Source: Pseudobdellovibrionaceae bacterium (GTDB lineage: Bacteria; Bdellovibrionota; Bdellovibrionia; Bdellovibrionales; Bdellovibrionaceae). Taken from it: a stretch of DNA of 16,866 bases. Position numbers and translations under genes: made by a program. The stretch lies in the NCBI GenBank assembly GCA_039810425.1, contig JBDHWW010000059.1, forward strand, positions 1 to 16,866, written 5' to 3'. This document shows positions 16,746-16,866 of this stretch, in pieces (position 1 is the stretch's first letter; every line of letters starts with the position of its first letter). Below the pieces are notes generated by a model. It saw only the letters and a list, made by a program, of their open reading frames with translations. It was not told the origin of the DNA and ran no database searches.

Positions 16746-16781
16746 TTAGCCAGAGTCTGTGGGGTAGGGACGGGGGCTTAG
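15801..16781 (+). CDS. IS3 transposase OrfB (DDE intact, native C-terminus replaced by repeat-derived LARVCGVGTGA)
   Basis: SWDITY, DVFSRKIVGW, HADNGGPM, NDNPFSESMFKTLKY and WYN..HLHSAI motifs; the typical ...HPxRWS..RNW tail is absent. Confidence 0.88.
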   Translation: MTGADRENVLRLVEETVADGATQEKACEYLGVTEKSIQRWRLKPVLDDQRRGPKTTPANKLSSDERANLIAVATSAEFRDVSPHQIVPRLADRGEYLASEATIYRVLRAEKLMAHRGRSKPREVARPRAYEATGPCELFSWDITYLRSQIAGQFFYLYLFLDVFSRKIVGWEVHDCESAEHSSRLLTKICLAEGIQKNQIAVHADNGGPMKGATMLVTMQRLGVVPSFSRPSVSNDNPFSESMFKTLKYCPQYPSKPFASIEDAQAWVSEFIQWYNTVHLHSAIGFTTPESRHRGEDTEILTKRKEVYEAAKQKHLARVCGVGTGA

Positions 16782-16794
16782 CTTGGGTAACATA
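16746..16794 (+). repeat. 49-bp exact direct repeat, copy 2
   Basis: Identical to 12030-12078; begins immediately after the IS3-c codon CAC. Confidence 0.97.
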
Positions 16795-16866
16795 TTACCT
16801 GGAGCAGTAGATAGTTTGCATTATCAAGCGGCGTAGCGAACGTGCTTGTTATGAAAATATCTGCGT

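Noticed and set aside
12030..16794. CRISPR array based on the 49-bp repeat
   Set aside because: Only two copies, 4.7 kb apart, with no spacers or cas genes.
16795..16866. Continuation of IS3-c after the repeat (TGG AGC AGT AGA = WSSR)
   Set aside because: A stop follows immediately, there is no RNW motif or IRR, and composition shifts to AT-rich; probably coincidence.

Overview
A bacterial chromosome window. Gene style and content suggest a Bdellovibrionota-like predator, which is inference only. The left part (1-10668) is core-like. It has a minus-strand operon encoding a BMP-family nucleoside ABC importer (binding protein, ATPase, two permeases), translationally coupled to a secreted S1/P1-nuclease/zinc phospholipase C-fold enzyme. 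It also has a divergent atypical Crp/Fnr regulator, a stand-alone AcrB-type RND permease, and a cluster of purine-loop (GGA) hairpins at 59-157. The right part (10669-16866) is an accessory, rearranged region: a decayed HNH endonuclease, a Cys-rich secreted protein, three IS3-family elements (none complete), a hicAB toxin-antitoxin pair with a clear operator/promoter, and a secreted protein with a collagen-like linker and ankyrin-like repeats. The most unusual signal is an exact 49-bp direct repeat at 12030-12078 and 16746-16794, 4716 bp apart. It cuts off one IS3 transposase exactly and lies about 90 bp from where another is cut. It also has imperfect terminal inverted repeats and four G-tracts, and its minus strand is almost exactly an ATG-to-TAA 15-codon ORF (MLPKLSPRPYPTDSG). 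No recombinase for it is visible in the window.
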